Shown piece by piece: positions 8,142 through 21,460 of a stretch of DNA of 32,000 bases (the stretch's first letter is position 1; every line of letters begins with the position of its first letter). The DNA comes from Pseudoalteromonas translucida KMM 520. Its GTDB lineage: Bacteria; Pseudomonadota; Gammaproteobacteria; Enterobacterales; Alteromonadaceae. The position numbers were made by a program, and so were the translations under genes. The notes beneath the pieces were generated by a model that had not been told where the DNA came from, did not search any database, and saw nothing but the letters and a program-made list of their open reading frames with translations. Location: positions 3,150,001 to 3,182,000 of the forward strand of contig NZ_CP011034.1 of NCBI RefSeq assembly GCF_001465295.1, given 5' to 3'.

Positions 8142-10223
8142 TTGTCTAAACCTAGCTTAAGCCAATACCCAATAACAGAACTCAAAGGCGTTGGCCCTAA
8201 AATGGCCGAGCGATTGTTAAAGCTAGGTATTTCTACAGTACAAGACATGCTGTTTCATTTACCTCTTCGCTATGAAGACCGCACCCGGCTTTATACTATA
8301 AACGAGCTTTCATTGCACAGCCATGTAAGCGTGGAAGCAACAATTGAAACAAGCCAAATCACTTTTGGTAAAAGGCGCATGCTAGTTTGCCAAATAAACG
8401 ATGGCACCGGCAGACTTACAGTACGGTTTTTTAATTTTACCGCGGCACAAAAAAACGCCCTCAGTGCAGGAAAAATAATACGTTGTTTTGGTGAAGTTCG
8501 CCGTGGCCGTGTAGGCTTTGAAATGAGTCATCCGGAATATAGCATAAGCGACACACCCAATGAGCAGCCTACGGCGACAACGCTTACTCCGGTTTATTCA
8601 ACCACAGAAGGTTTAAAGCAATTATCAATTAGAGCACTTAGCGATCAAGCTATTAATCTATTGCAAAAATATTCAGTAGAAGAGTTACTTCCGGCGCAAT
8701 GGCAACCTTCTAATTTAGGGCTAAGTGATGCCTTACTACTATTACATCGCCCGCCTAACGACATAGACGTAATTGCACTTGAACAAGGTACCCATCCGGC
8801 TCAGCAGCGGCTCGTTTTTGAAGAGTTACTAGCGCAAAACCTCAGCTTGTTAAAAATACGCCAACAAGGGCAACAAGTTAAAGCAGTCAGCTTAGATTCT
8901 AACAACGCACTAGAAAGCCAATTTTTAGCGCAACTCCCTTTTGATCCAACCAATGCACAAAGTCGTGTAGTAGCCGAGATTAAAGGTGATTTACAACAGC
9001 CCTATCCTATGATGCGTTTAGTACAAGGCGATGTTGGCTCAGGTAAAACATTAGTAGCAGCATTAAGTGCATTGACTGCTATAGCACAAGGTTTTCAAGT
9101 AGCTTTAATGGCTCCTACCGAAATTCTCTCCGAGCAGCATGGGATTAACTTTAATAACTGGTTTAACCAATTAGGCATAACAGTTGCCTGGCTTGGCGGT
9201 AAAACTAAAGGTAGAGAGCGTGTAACTACACTTGAAAAGATAGCCTCCGGTGAGGCGCAAATGATCGTCGGTACCCATGCGCTATTTCAAGACGAGGTGA
9301 AGTTTCATAACCTCGTGCTTATTATCATCGATGAACAACATCGTTTTGGTGTTCATCAACGATTATCACTGCGTGAAAAAGGCCGCTTTGGCGACTGCTA
9401 CCCGCATCAACTAGTCATGACAGCAACACCTATACCTCGCACACTTGCAATGACCGCTTATGCCGATTTAGAGACCTCAGTAATAGATGAATTACCACCG
9501 GGTCGCACACCCATAACAACAGTGGCATTACCAGACACTCGTCGAGGCGATATTATCAAGCGCGTTAAATTAGCCTGCCATGAGCAAGGCAGGCAAGTTT
9601 ATTGGGTATGTACGCTCATCGATGAATCAGAAGTGCTGCAATGCCAAGCCGCCGAAGATAGTGCGCTGCAATTAAAAGAAGCCTTACCAGAGCTAAACGT
9701 AAGCCTTATACATGGACGAATGAAAGCTGCAGAAAAGCAAGCCATTATGAGTGAGTTTAAAGCTGGTAATATTCATGTTTTAGTCGCAACCACAGTCATT
9801 GAGGTAGGAGTAGATGTACCTAATGCCAGTTTGATTATTATAGAAAACCCTGAGCGTTTAGGTTTAGCACAATTACACCAACTACGTGGTCGAGTGGGGC
9901 GTGGAGCTACCGCTTCGCATTGTGTACTTTTATACCATGCACCTCTCTCACATACAGCGCAAAAGCGCCTAGGCGTGTTAAGAGATAGTAACGATGGTTT
10001 TGTTATAGCCGAGCGAGACTTAGAGATCCGCGGCCCGGGTGAAGTGCTCGGCACTAAACAAACCGGTTTAGCTGAATTTAAAATTGCCGATCTAACCCGC
10101 GACAAACATACTTTAAATCAAGTCAGGCCAATAGCACAGCAAATGCTAATACAGCACCCAAAACAAGTCGATGCGCTTATAAATAGATGGCTTGGTAATA
10201 AATCTAACTACGCACTAGCTTAA
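8142..10223 (+). CDS. recG: ATP-dependent DNA helicase RecG
   Basis: 693 aa, the same as E. coli RecG. It has the wedge-domain N-terminus (L.GVG.K.A..L.K.GI.TVQD.LFHLPLRYEDRT), Walker A GDVGSGKT, DEQHRFGV, TATPIPRT and QLRGRVGRG. The only in-frame start upstream of the conserved N-terminus is TTG at 8142, because the first ATG falls inside the conserved GVGPKMAERL segment. Confidence 0.94.
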   Translation: MSKPSLSQYPITELKGVGPKMAERLLKLGISTVQDMLFHLPLRYEDRTRLYTINELSLHSHVSVEATIETSQITFGKRRMLVCQINDGTGRLTVRFFNFTAAQKNALSAGKIIRCFGEVRRGRVGFEMSHPEYSISDTPNEQPTATTLTPVYSTTEGLKQLSIRALSDQAINLLQKYSVEELLPAQWQPSNLGLSDALLLLHRPPNDIDVIALEQGTHPAQQRLVFEELLAQNLSLLKIRQQGQQVKAVSLDSNNALESQFLAQLPFDPTNAQSRVVAEIKGDLQQPYPMMRLVQGDVGSGKTLVAALSALTAIAQGFQVALMAPTEILSEQHGINFNNWFNQLGITVAWLGGKTKGRERVTTLEKIASGEAQMIVGTHALFQDEVKFHNLVLIIIDEQHRFGVHQRLSLREKGRFGDCYPHQLVMTATPIPRTLAMTAYADLETSVIDELPPGRTPITTVALPDTRRGDIIKRVKLACHEQGRQVYWVCTLIDESEVLQCQAAEDSALQLKEALPELNVSLIHGRMKAAEKQAIMSEFKAGNIHVLVATTVIEVGVDVPNASLIIIENPERLGLAQLHQLRGRVGRGATASHCVLLYHAPLSHTAQKRLGVLRDSNDGFVIAERDLEIRGPGEVLGTKQTGLAEFKIADLTRDKHTLNQVRPIAQQMLIQHPKQVDALINRWLGNKSNYALA

Positions 10224-10294
10224 AACTGCGCTCTTTCACAATATCGAGATTATCCCTAGTACTTTCCAGCTTAAGTTTTACTTTTCTGCAGACG

Positions 10295-10324
10295 TAAAAA
10301 AGCCCGAATCGTTAGATTCGGGCT
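10295..10324. terminator. rrn operon intrinsic terminator, shared hairpin with convergent recG
   Basis: A perfect 10-bp stem, agcccgaatc (10301-10310) with gattcgggct (10315-10324), has the loop gtta. On the minus strand it is followed by TTTTT (plus-strand A-run 10296-10300), 14 nt after the 5S end. On the plus strand it lies 72 nt after the recG stop, but only a weak ttct follows. Confidence 0.75.
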
Positions 10325-10338
10325 TTCTACAATTAGGA

Positions 10339-10455
10339 GCCTGGCAATGTCCTACTTTCACATAGCAAATGCTACACTATCATCGGCGCTGTTTCGTTTC
10401 ACTACTGAGTTCGGCATGGGGTCAGGTGGGTCCAAAACGCTATTGTTACCAAGCA
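10339..10455 (-). rRNA. rrf: 5S ribosomal RNA
   Basis: The reverse complement reads tgcttggtaacaatagcg...cccacctgaccccatgccgaactcagtagtgaaacg...gccgatg.tagtgt...agtaggacattgccaggc. It is colinear with E. coli 5S and about 117 nt long. Ends are accurate to about 2 nt. Confidence 0.92.
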
Positions 10456-10536
10456 AATTAGGGCGTTAATTCGTATTACTACAAATTAACTGAATTTGGA
10501 AAATATCTGATAATATTTTTTAAGTCGTTCTTCAGT

Positions 10537-10600
10537 AATATCTACTTTAGTTATATTAACTTCTTGCTTGAACTGTCACATAAAACGCGTTTGGCGTTGT
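10537..10600 (-). other. 3' arm of the 23S rRNA processing (RNase III-type) stem; pairs with 13490-13568
   Basis: The reverse complement of 13490-13568 matches 10537-10600 in long blocks: tatctactttagt, acttct, aactgtcaca, cgtttgg, gttgta. The two 23S flanks can therefore form an extended helix, as known for bacterial pre-23S processing. Confidence 0.7.
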
Positions 10601-13489
<2,889 letters not shown>

Positions 13490-13788
13490 ATACAACCCAA
13501 ACGGGTCTTTGTTGTGTGACAGTTTAACTTCGCCAGAAGTCAATATTGAATACTAAAGTAGATACCAATCAATCAACTCATAAGAGTTAATTAAATGGCA
13601 CTGAATGGTACTGCTACCATTCTTTTTTTTACTTTTGAAAACTCTTGATAAATACAATGTATCTATCAGAATTTTATTATCAGCTTTTCCAAATTTTTAA
13701 AGAGCATATTAATTAGTTATCCCGAAGGACAAGCACTAATTAACAATCATCTGTGTGGACACTACGAACAAATAAGTTCTAAATCGTA
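13490..13788 (-). other. 16S-23S internal transcribed spacer without tRNA genes; contains spacer boxA (13694-13706) and processing-stem arms
   Basis: This 299-nt AT-rich spacer has no tRNA-like GC-rich acceptor or T-arm sequence on either strand. I looked for the tRNA-Ile, Ala and Glu 3' ends and for GGTTCGA-type T-loops. The reverse complement of 13694-13706 is TGCTCTTTAAAAA, against the E. coli boxA TGCTCTTTAACAA. Positions 13745-13762 form the 3' arm of the 16S stem. Confidence 0.75.
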
Positions 13789-15323
<1,535 letters not shown>

Positions 15324-15526
15324 AAAAAGTTTTATGTCTTTCGACAGCTCAATGAATTCTGAATTTATTTTAATATCTTTCGATATTGAATTGACTGTGC
15401 CGAAGCAACTTATAAATAAGTTACTTCTGTTGGTCACTCAGTTTTCAATTGAGACTCTAATTTGTTTGCCTCGCTAATTACCCATAAAGAGTAAGCAGTT
15501 TGGCTGTTAGAACTCAATCTGTACGA

Positions 15527-15544
15527 GTGCCCACACAGATGATT
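15527..15544 (-). other. 5' arm of the 16S rRNA processing (RNase III-type) stem; pairs with 13745-13762
   Basis: 15527-15544 (gtgcccacacagatgatt) equals the reverse complement of 13745-13762 (gtgtccacacagatgatt) except at one position, which becomes a G-U pair in RNA. This gives an 18-bp helix bracketing the 16S. Confidence 0.75.
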
Positions 15545-15552
15545 GCTTTATA

Positions 15553-15565
15553 TTGTTAAAGAACG
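15553..15565 (-). promoter_or_regulatory. Leader boxA (Nus-dependent rRNA antitermination element)
   Basis: The reverse complement is CGTTCTTTAACAA, against the E. coli rrn boxA TGCTCTTTAACAA. It lies downstream of P2 and upstream of the 16S processing stem, the expected position. Confidence 0.7.
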
Positions 15566-15598
15566 TTTTGATTCGCTTTAGCGTCTCAAGGGATGCGT

Positions 15599-15626
15599 AT
15601 AATACATCCTTTATTTTTCGAGTCAA
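15599..15626 (-). promoter_or_regulatory. rrn promoter P2
   Basis: The minus strand reads TTGACT (15626-15621), a 16-nt spacer, then TATTAT (15604-15599), followed by acgcatccc. These are the same hexamers as E. coli rrnB P2 (TTGACT / TATTAT). It lies 114 bp downstream of P1. Confidence 0.7.
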
Positions 15627-15712
15627 TACTTTGTTTTAAACTTTCTTTTTGGAAGATTTAAAACCGAAGTTTTATTTAACTCTCTAAGTAGTTCTCGTCT
15701 CAGTGGGGTCGC

Positions 15713-15765
15713 ATTATAGGGAGATCCGAAAACAGATCAACTGTTTTTTAAAGAAAACTTGAAAT
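15713..15765 (-). promoter_or_regulatory. rrn promoter P1 with A/T-rich UP element
   Basis: The minus strand reads agtttatttcaagttttctttaaaaaacag TTGATC tgttttcggatctccc TATAAT gcgaccccactga. The -35 is at 15740-15735, the spacer is 16 nt and the -10 is at 15718-13. The GC-rich discriminator is almost identical to E. coli rrnB P1 (TATAATGCGCCACCACTGA). The AT-rich 25 bp upstream (15741-15765) has the position and composition of an UP element. Confidence 0.8.
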
Positions 15766-16344
15766 AAACTGCTGTTCGCTGGGTATTTGAGCTAAACGCT
15801 CAAAAACACAACTAAACTACTATCGTTAAGAGATTTATAGAGCTATTTGAAATGAAAATTATGGCAACTACTAATGAATAAAGACATATTTGGATTATCT
15901 ATGCTGAATAACTAACCAATATGAGAAGACGCGTATTACTTAAAATCATTTAAAGTAATCGAAAGGCAAAAATTGAATTGATCGAGCTATGCTTAATCAT
16001 AGTTTTATAATATTAAGAAATAAGTTTACTTAGGTCGTAATACTTAACCTATGAGATTCTTAATATTAGGTATATAGATAAATGAGTACACGTTATGTCT
16101 TATAAGCAGATTTATAAATATAAACTTCGTAGGAGCCGCTCTACTGGATAATCTAAGTTTTGCAGCTGTATTATATAGTAGCTATAAACGAACAATATAT
16201 AGTGAAGATAATCCTTAACTAGGTAGGGATATTAAAGCAGGTGTTAAAACAATTTATCAATTTAGAATCTATGAGTCAGTACTCGTAAATGATCATATAT
16301 AGAAGGTAATTACTGATTCATATAGATTAACAAATTTTTGGCAA

Positions 16345-16372
16345 GAAAAAGCCGAGCATAAGCTCGGCTTTT
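16345..16372 (-). terminator. Intrinsic terminator of the alpha operon (after rplQ)
   Basis: The stem gccgagc (16351-57) with gctcggc (16362-68) has the loop ataa and can be extended by A-T pairs. On the minus strand it is followed by a T-run (plus-strand A-run 16346-16350). It lies 16 nt after the rplQ stop. Confidence 0.8.
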
Positions 16373-16387
16373 AGGTTTCTTTAAGAC

Positions 16388-16789
16388 TTACTCTGCAGAC
16401 TGTGCGTCTTCTTGAACTGCTTCGCTAGTCGCTGGGCGACCAACTAGTTCAATATAAGCCATTGGTGCATTATCACCAGTACGGAAGCCACACTTAAGAA
16501 TACGAGTGTAACCACCTGGACGATCCGCGTTACGTGGACCGATTTCACTGAATAACTTACCAACAACTTCATTATCACGCGTGCGAGCAAACGCTAAACG
16601 GCGATTTGCTACACTGTCAGTCTTAGCCAGTGTGATTAAAGGTTCAATTACACGACGTAACTCTTTCGCTTTAGGCAAAGTAGTTTTGATGATTTCATGT
16701 TTCACCAAAGAACCTGCCATATTGCTAAACATCGCTTTACGATGGCTACTGTTACGGTTTAATTGACGACCACTCTTACGATGGCGCAT
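16388..16789 (-). CDS. rplQ: 50S ribosomal protein L17
   Basis: 133 aa. [50 protein letters not shown] is the L17 N-terminus. It is the last gene of the alpha operon, after rpoA. Confidence 0.97.
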
Positions 16790-16828
16790 GACCCTATCCT
16801 TCTAACTAAACTAATATAGTGATTTAGA

Positions 16829-17815
16829 TTATTCAGCTAAACTTGCAGGTGGCCAATTTTCTAGGCGCATGCCTAGAGAAAGTCCACGTGAAGCTAGCAC
16901 GTCTTTAATTTCAGTTAGAGACTTCTTACCTAAATTAGGCGTTTTAAGAAGCTCAACTTCAGTGCGCTGAACTAAATCACCGATATATTGAATTTGCTCG
17001 GCTTTCAAACAATTTGCTGAGCGTACTGTTAGTTCAAGATCATCAACTGGACGAAGTAGAATAGGATCGAATTCTGGCTTCTCTTCTTTCTCTTCTGGCT
17101 CAGTTACATCACGTAAATCTACGAATGCATCTAATTGCTCAGCTAAGATAGTAGACGCACGGCGGATCGCTTCTTCTGGATCTAAAGTGCCGTTTGTTTC
17201 CATATCAATGATTAACTTGTCTAAATCTGTACGTTGCTCAACTCGAGCTGATTCAACCGAGTACGCAATACGTTCAACTGGGCTAAATGATGCATCAAGC
17301 AACAATCTACCAATTGGACGCTCATCGTCATCAGAGGATAAACGACTAGATGCCGGCACATAACCACGACCACGTTCAACACGAATACGCATGCTGATCT
17401 CGCTGTTATTTGTTGTTAAATTACAAATAACATGATCTGGGTTAGCAATTGTTACATCGCCATCGTGCTGAATATCTGACGCAGTCACAGGGCCTACACC
17501 AGATTTAGCCAGGGTCAGAAAAACTTCATCTTTGCCTTCTAACGTTACTGCTAAACCTTTTAGGTTTAGTAGTATTTCAATGATGTCTTCTTGAACGCCT
17601 TCTTTCGCGCTGTACTCATGCAATACACCGTCGATTTCAACTTCAGTTACTGCACATCCAGGCATAGATGAAAGCAGTATACGGCGTAAGGCATTACCCA
17701 AAGTGTGACCGAAGCCACGCTCAAGTGGTTCTAAAACTATTTTAGAACGTGTTGGGTTGATAGCGTCGATATCGACTAACCTTGGTTTTAGAAATTCTGT
17801 AACAGAACCCTGCAT
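16829..17815 (-). CDS. rpoA: DNA-directed RNA polymerase subunit alpha
   Basis: 328 aa against 329 aa in E. coli. [16 protein letters not shown]......[44 protein letters not shown] is almost identical to E. coli RpoA. Confidence 0.98.
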   Translation of the reverse strand: MQGSVTEFLKPRLVDIDAINPTRSKIVLEPLERGFGHTLGNALRRILLSSMPGCAVTEVEIDGVLHEYSAKEGVQEDIIEILLNLKGLAVTLEGKDEVFLTLAKSGVGPVTASDIQHDGDVTIANPDHVICNLTTNNSEISMRIRVERGRGYVPASSRLSSDDDERPIGRLLLDASFSPVERIAYSVESARVEQRTDLDKLIIDMETNGTLDPEEAIRRASTILAEQLDAFVDLRDVTEPEEKEEKPEFDPILLRPVDDLELTVRSANCLKAEQIQYIGDLVQRTEVELLKTPNLGKKSLTEIKDVLASRGLSLGMRLENWPPASLAE

Positions 17816-17839
17816 TTTATCCTCTCTTAACTCTTAACT

Positions 17840-18460
17840 TTACTTAGAGTAAAGTTCGACGATTAGTTGTTCATTAATGTCCGCAGACAGATCTGAACGC
17901 TCAGGTAGACGCTTAAAGCTGCCTTCCAATTTCTTACCGTCAACTTCAACCCAAGTCGGCTTTTCACGTTGCTCAGCCAACTCTAGAGCAGCGATGATAC
18001 GTGCTTGTGTTTTAGACTTCTCACGGATTACAACAGTATCTTCTGGAGTAATTACGTATGAAGGAACATTCACAACACGACCATTAACTAAAATCGCTTT
18101 ATGGCTTACTAACTGACGTGCTTCTGCACGTGTACTAGCAAAACCCATGCGATATACAACATTGTCTAAACGTTGCTCTAATAGCTGTAACAAGTTTTCA
18201 CCTGTATTACCTTTAAGGCGAGCAGCTTCTTTGTAGTAGTTACGGAATTGCTTTTCTAATACACCGTAGATACGACGTACTTTTTGCTTTTCACGTAATT
18301 GTAAACCGTAATCAGATAAGCGACCTTTACGAGCGCCATGCTGACCAGGTGCAGTCTCAAGTTTACACTTAGAGTCGATAGCTCTTACGCCGCTCTTAAG
18401 GAACAGGTCAGTGCCTTCACGACGACTCAGCTTGAGCTTAGGGCCCAAATATCTTGCCAT
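17840..18460 (-). CDS. rpsD: 30S ribosomal protein S4
   Basis: 206 aa, as in E. coli. [33 protein letters not shown]... matches the S4 N-terminus. It lies between rpsK and rpoA. Confidence 0.98.
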   Translation of the reverse strand: MARYLGPKLKLSRREGTDLFLKSGVRAIDSKCKLETAPGQHGARKGRLSDYGLQLREKQKVRRIYGVLEKQFRNYYKEAARLKGNTGENLLQLLEQRLDNVVYRMGFASTRAEARQLVSHKAILVNGRVVNVPSYVITPEDTVVIREKSKTQARIIAALELAEQREKPTWVEVDGKKLEGSFKRLPERSDLSADINEQLIVELYSK

Positions 18461-18481
18461 GTTATTTCTCCTAACCTATTG

Positions 18482-18868
18482 TTAAACGCGACGTTTCTTC
18501 GGTGGACGACAACCATTATGTGGTATTGGCGTCACGTCAGTAATGTTGGTAATACGGTAGCCAGCAGCATTCAAAGCACGTACAGCAGATTCACGACCTG
18601 GACCTGGACCTTTGATGAAAACTTCTAGATTTTTTAAACCGTATTCTTGAGCAGCAGTACCTGCACGCTCTGCAGCAACCTGAGCAGCAAATGGAGTAGA
18701 TTTACGTGAACCACGGAAACCTGAACCACCGGCAGTAGCCCATGATAGTGCATTACCTTGACGATCGGTAATCGTTACAATAGTGTTGTTGAAAGAAGCA
18801 TGAACATGAGCCATACCATCAGCAACTTGTTTTTTAACCTTTTTACGACGAATTGGTGTCTTAGCCAT
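18482..18868 (-). CDS. rpsK: 30S ribosomal protein S11
   Basis: 128 aa. [44 protein letters not shown]...[19 protein letters not shown] matches E. coli S11. Confidence 0.98.
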
Positions 18869-18880
18869 AATACTATCCCC

Positions 18881-19237
18881 TTATCGCTTAATAGGCTTAC
18901 GAGGACCCTTACGGGTACGCGCGTTAGTCTTAGTTCTTTGACCACGTAGTGGTAAAGAGCGACGGTGACGTAGGCCACGATAACAACCAAGGTCCATTAG
19001 GCGCTTGATATTTAAAGTAACTTCACGACGAAGATCACCTTCAACGGTGTACTTGCCAACTGCATCACGCAATACGTCAAGAGTTTCGTCTGAAAGTTCA
19101 CCGATTTTTGTGGTCTCGGCGATACCAGTCGCTGCTAAGATAGCCTTAGAGCGAGTCTTACCTATGCCATAAATAGCTGTTAAACCAATAACTGCATGTT
19201 TATGATCAGGGACGTTAATGCCAGCAATACGGGCCAC
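18881..19237 (-). CDS. rpsM: 30S ribosomal protein S13
   Basis: [32 protein letters not shown]...GPRKPIKR matches E. coli S13 (118 aa). The track start (GTG at 19243) is 2 nt from the GGAG. The GTG at 19237 sits 8 nt from GGAG and gives the canonical 118-aa protein starting (M)ARIAG. Confidence 0.96.
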
Positions 19238-19320
19238 TAACACATCTCCTATATTCGAATTTGGTAATCATCTGTTTGAAGAGCCCGTAAGGATACTCAA
19301 ACGAAGACCAAATCACTACT

Positions 19321-19349
19321 AAAAACACAGGCCGAGAAAACTCAGCCTG
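19321..19349 (-). terminator. Intrinsic terminator or attenuator after rpmJ (end of spc operon)
   Basis: The minus strand reads caggctgag tttt ctcggcctg, a 9-bp stem with one G-U pair, followed by tgttttt. It begins 12 nt after the rpmJ stop. The remaining roughly 75 nt up to rpsM form the alpha-operon leader, where the S4 autoregulatory target lies in E. coli. I have not verified that structure here. Confidence 0.6.
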
Positions 19350-19361
19350 CACGCTGTTTAC

Positions 19362-19475
19362 TTAACCTTGCCTTTGCTTATGCTTAGGCTCACTGCAAAT
19401 TACGCGTACTACACCAGCACGTTTAATAACTTTACAGTTACGGCATATTTTCTTAACGGAAGCACGTACTTTCAT
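19362..19475 (-). CDS. rpmJ: 50S ribosomal protein L36
   Basis: Not in the ORF track because it is under 60 aa. My translation of the reverse complement gives [37 protein letters not shown] (37 aa). It carries the CxxC...CxxxxH zinc-ribbon pattern typical of L36 and lies directly after secY, as in E. coli. Confidence 0.95.
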   Translation of the reverse strand: MKVRASVKKICRNCKVIKRAGVVRVICSEPKHKQRQG

Positions 19476-19497
19476 TGCTCAACTCCGTAAACTGACC

Positions 19498-20826
19498 TTA
19501 TCGACCATAGCCTTTAAGGTTCGCTTTTTTCAGCACAGAATCATACTGATGAGACATCAGGTGAGTCTGTACTTGTGCCATAAAGTCCATGATAACAACA
19601 ACGATAATCAAAATTGATGTACCGCCGAAGTAGAATGGCGTTTGCCATGCCATTGTCATGAATTCAGGCACCAGACAGATAAAGGTTATATACAAAGCAC
19701 CTGCCAATGTCAGGCGTGTCATCACTTTATCAATGTATTTAGATGTCTGCTCACCTGGACGAATACCTGGGATAAATGCGCCAGATTTCTTCAGGTTATC
19801 TGCTGTTTCACGTGGGTTAAACACCAACGCTGTGTAGAAAAAGCAGAAGAAGATGATAGCTGCTGCTAAAACCATTGCATACAATGGCTGACCTGGGGTC
19901 AACGTTGTAGCTATAGCTTGTAACACATCAGCGACCGGACCTTCACCCTGGCCGAACCAGCTGGCAATTGTACCAGGGAACAGAATTATACTGCTAGCGA
20001 AAATTGGTGGAATAACACCCGCCATATTTACTTTTAGTGGTAAATGCGTGCTTTGGGCAGCAAATACTTGACGACCTTGTTGGCGTTTAGCGTAGTTAAC
20101 AACAATACGTCGTTGGCCACGTTCAAAAAACACTACAAGATAAGTAACAGCGAATACGATTACCGCAACCATCAACAGTACAAAAACATTCAAATCACCT
20201 TGGCGCGCCATTTCAGCTGTCGAACCAATAGCAGACGGCAGGTTAGCTACAATACCAACAAATATTAAAACAGAGATACCGTTACCGATACCACGCTCTG
20301 TTATTTGTTCGCCCAACCACATAAGGAACATAGTACCAGTCACTAAACTCACCACTGCGGTGAAATAGAAACCCATACCAGGGTTAACAACTAACCCTTC
20401 GATCATGCCCGGTAAGCTTGTGGCAATACCGATTGATTGGATAGTAGCAAGCACAAGCGTGCCATAGCGTGTGTACTGGCTAATTTTTTTACGCCCTTGC
20501 TCACCTTCTTTCTTAAGCTCTATAAACGGAGGATACATATGCGTTAATAGTTGCGTAATAATCGAAGCCGAGATATACGGCATAATACCCAGTGCTAACA
20601 CTGAAGCTCGCTCAAGCGCACCACCGCTAAACATGTTGAACATCTCAACAATGGTGCCCTTTTGTTGCTCGAAGAAATCGGCAAGTACAGCGGCGTCAAT
20701 CCCAGGGATCGGCACAAATGAACCTAGACGGTATATAATGATAGCACCTAATACGAAGAGTAATCGGCGCTTCAATTCCGAAAGTCCACCTTGTGCACTT
20801 TGCATATCTTGACCTGGTTTAGCCAT
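19498..20826 (-). CDS. secY: Preprotein translocase subunit SecY
   Basis: 442 aa against 443 aa in E. coli. It is a multi-pass membrane protein with SecY blocks ([59 protein letters not shown]). It lies between rplO and rpmJ. Confidence 0.98.
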   Translation of the reverse strand: MAKPGQDMQSAQGGLSELKRRLLFVLGAIIIYRLGSFVPIPGIDAAVLADFFEQQKGTIVEMFNMFSGGALERASVLALGIMPYISASIITQLLTHMYPPFIELKKEGEQGRKKISQYTRYGTLVLATIQSIGIATSLPGMIEGLVVNPGMGFYFTAVVSLVTGTMFLMWLGEQITERGIGNGISVLIFVGIVANLPSAIGSTAEMARQGDLNVFVLLMVAVIVFAVTYLVVFFERGQRRIVVNYAKRQQGRQVFAAQSTHLPLKVNMAGVIPPIFASSIILFPGTIASWFGQGEGPVADVLQAIATTLTPGQPLYAMVLAAAIIFFCFFYTALVFNPRETADNLKKSGAFIPGIRPGEQTSKYIDKVMTRLTLAGALYITFICLVPEFMTMAWQTPFYFGGTSILIIVVVIMDFMAQVQTHLMSHQYDSVLKKANLKGYGR

Positions 20827-20836
20827 TAGTACTTCC

Positions 20837-21271
20837 TTAGTCTTCTACCTTGCCTCCGGCAGCTTCGATAGCTTCGCGTGCACCTTTAGTGGCTCTAAGG
20901 CCCTTAACGGTAACAGCGCGTGAAACTTCGCCAGATTTAACAACTTTAACGAACAAAACGTTCTTTTTAACTAGACCAGCTGCTTGTAACGCGCTTAGGT
21001 CTACCACATCGCCTTCTACTTTAGCGATTTCGTATAGGTTTATTTCTGCAGATACTAATGATTTGCGAGAAGTGAAACCGAACTTAGGTAGACGACGTTG
21101 CATAGGCATTTGACCGCCTTCGAAACCAACGCGTACTTTACCGCCAGAACGTGATTTTTGACCTTTGTGACCACGACCACCAGTCTTACCAAGACCAGAA
21201 CCGATACCACGACCAACACGTTTTGGAGCAGTTTTTGAACCTGCAGCAGGTGAAAGTGTATTCAAATGCAT
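20837..21271 (-). CDS. rplO: 50S ribosomal protein L15
   Basis: 144 aa, as in E. coli. The N-terminus M.LNTLSPA.GSK...[25 protein letters not shown] is glycine- and lysine-rich, which is typical of L15. Confidence 0.97.
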
Positions 21272-21275
21272 GAAA

Positions 21276-21458
21276 TTAACCCTCTACCTTAACCATGTAA
21301 GAAACCTGGTTTATCATACCACGTACACATGCTGTGTCTTCTAACTCAACAGTGTGGTTGATACGACGTAAACCAAGACCGCGTAATGTAGCTTTATGTT
21401 TCGGTAAACGACCGATAGAGCTTTTTACTTGTGTTACTTTTACAGTTTGATTTGCCAT
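21276..21458 (-). CDS. rpmD: 50S ribosomal protein L30
   Basis: 60 aa. [44 protein letters not shown] matches L30. It lies between rpsE and rplO. Confidence 0.97.
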
Positions 21459-21460
21459 GG

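Noticed and set aside
2203-10105. Shadow ORFs inside spoT, the DUF342 gene, asnA, trmH and recG: 2203-2403, 2771-3031, 3116-3397, 4322-4765, 5948-6314, 7534-7725 and 9773-10105.
   Set aside because: They are embedded in well-supported genes, with no independent start signals and no recognisable protein features.
13604-13630. A hairpin, aatggta-ctgc-taccatt, followed by T8 on the plus strand inside the 16S-23S spacer. It looks like an intrinsic terminator.
   Set aside because: It is on the strand antisense to the rRNA transcript. In the sense direction the A-run precedes the stem, so it cannot terminate rrn transcription. The stem is AT-rich and weak. It is probably just ITS secondary structure.
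15787-15805. A 7-bp hairpin, tttgagc-taaac-gctcaaa, upstream of rrn P1. I considered it as a terminator insulating the rrn operon from read-through.
   Set aside because: No T-tract follows it on either strand in the correct position. It lies where Fis and UP-type activation sequences are expected.
16172-16344. A possible 124-bp tandem repeat, suggested by the spacing of TATATAG motif pairs.
   Set aside because: My position-by-position comparison of the two putative units gave only about 60 percent identity over the first 24 nt and nothing convincing beyond. That is not distinguishable from chance in AT-rich DNA. The motif recurrence itself is kept as part of a finding.
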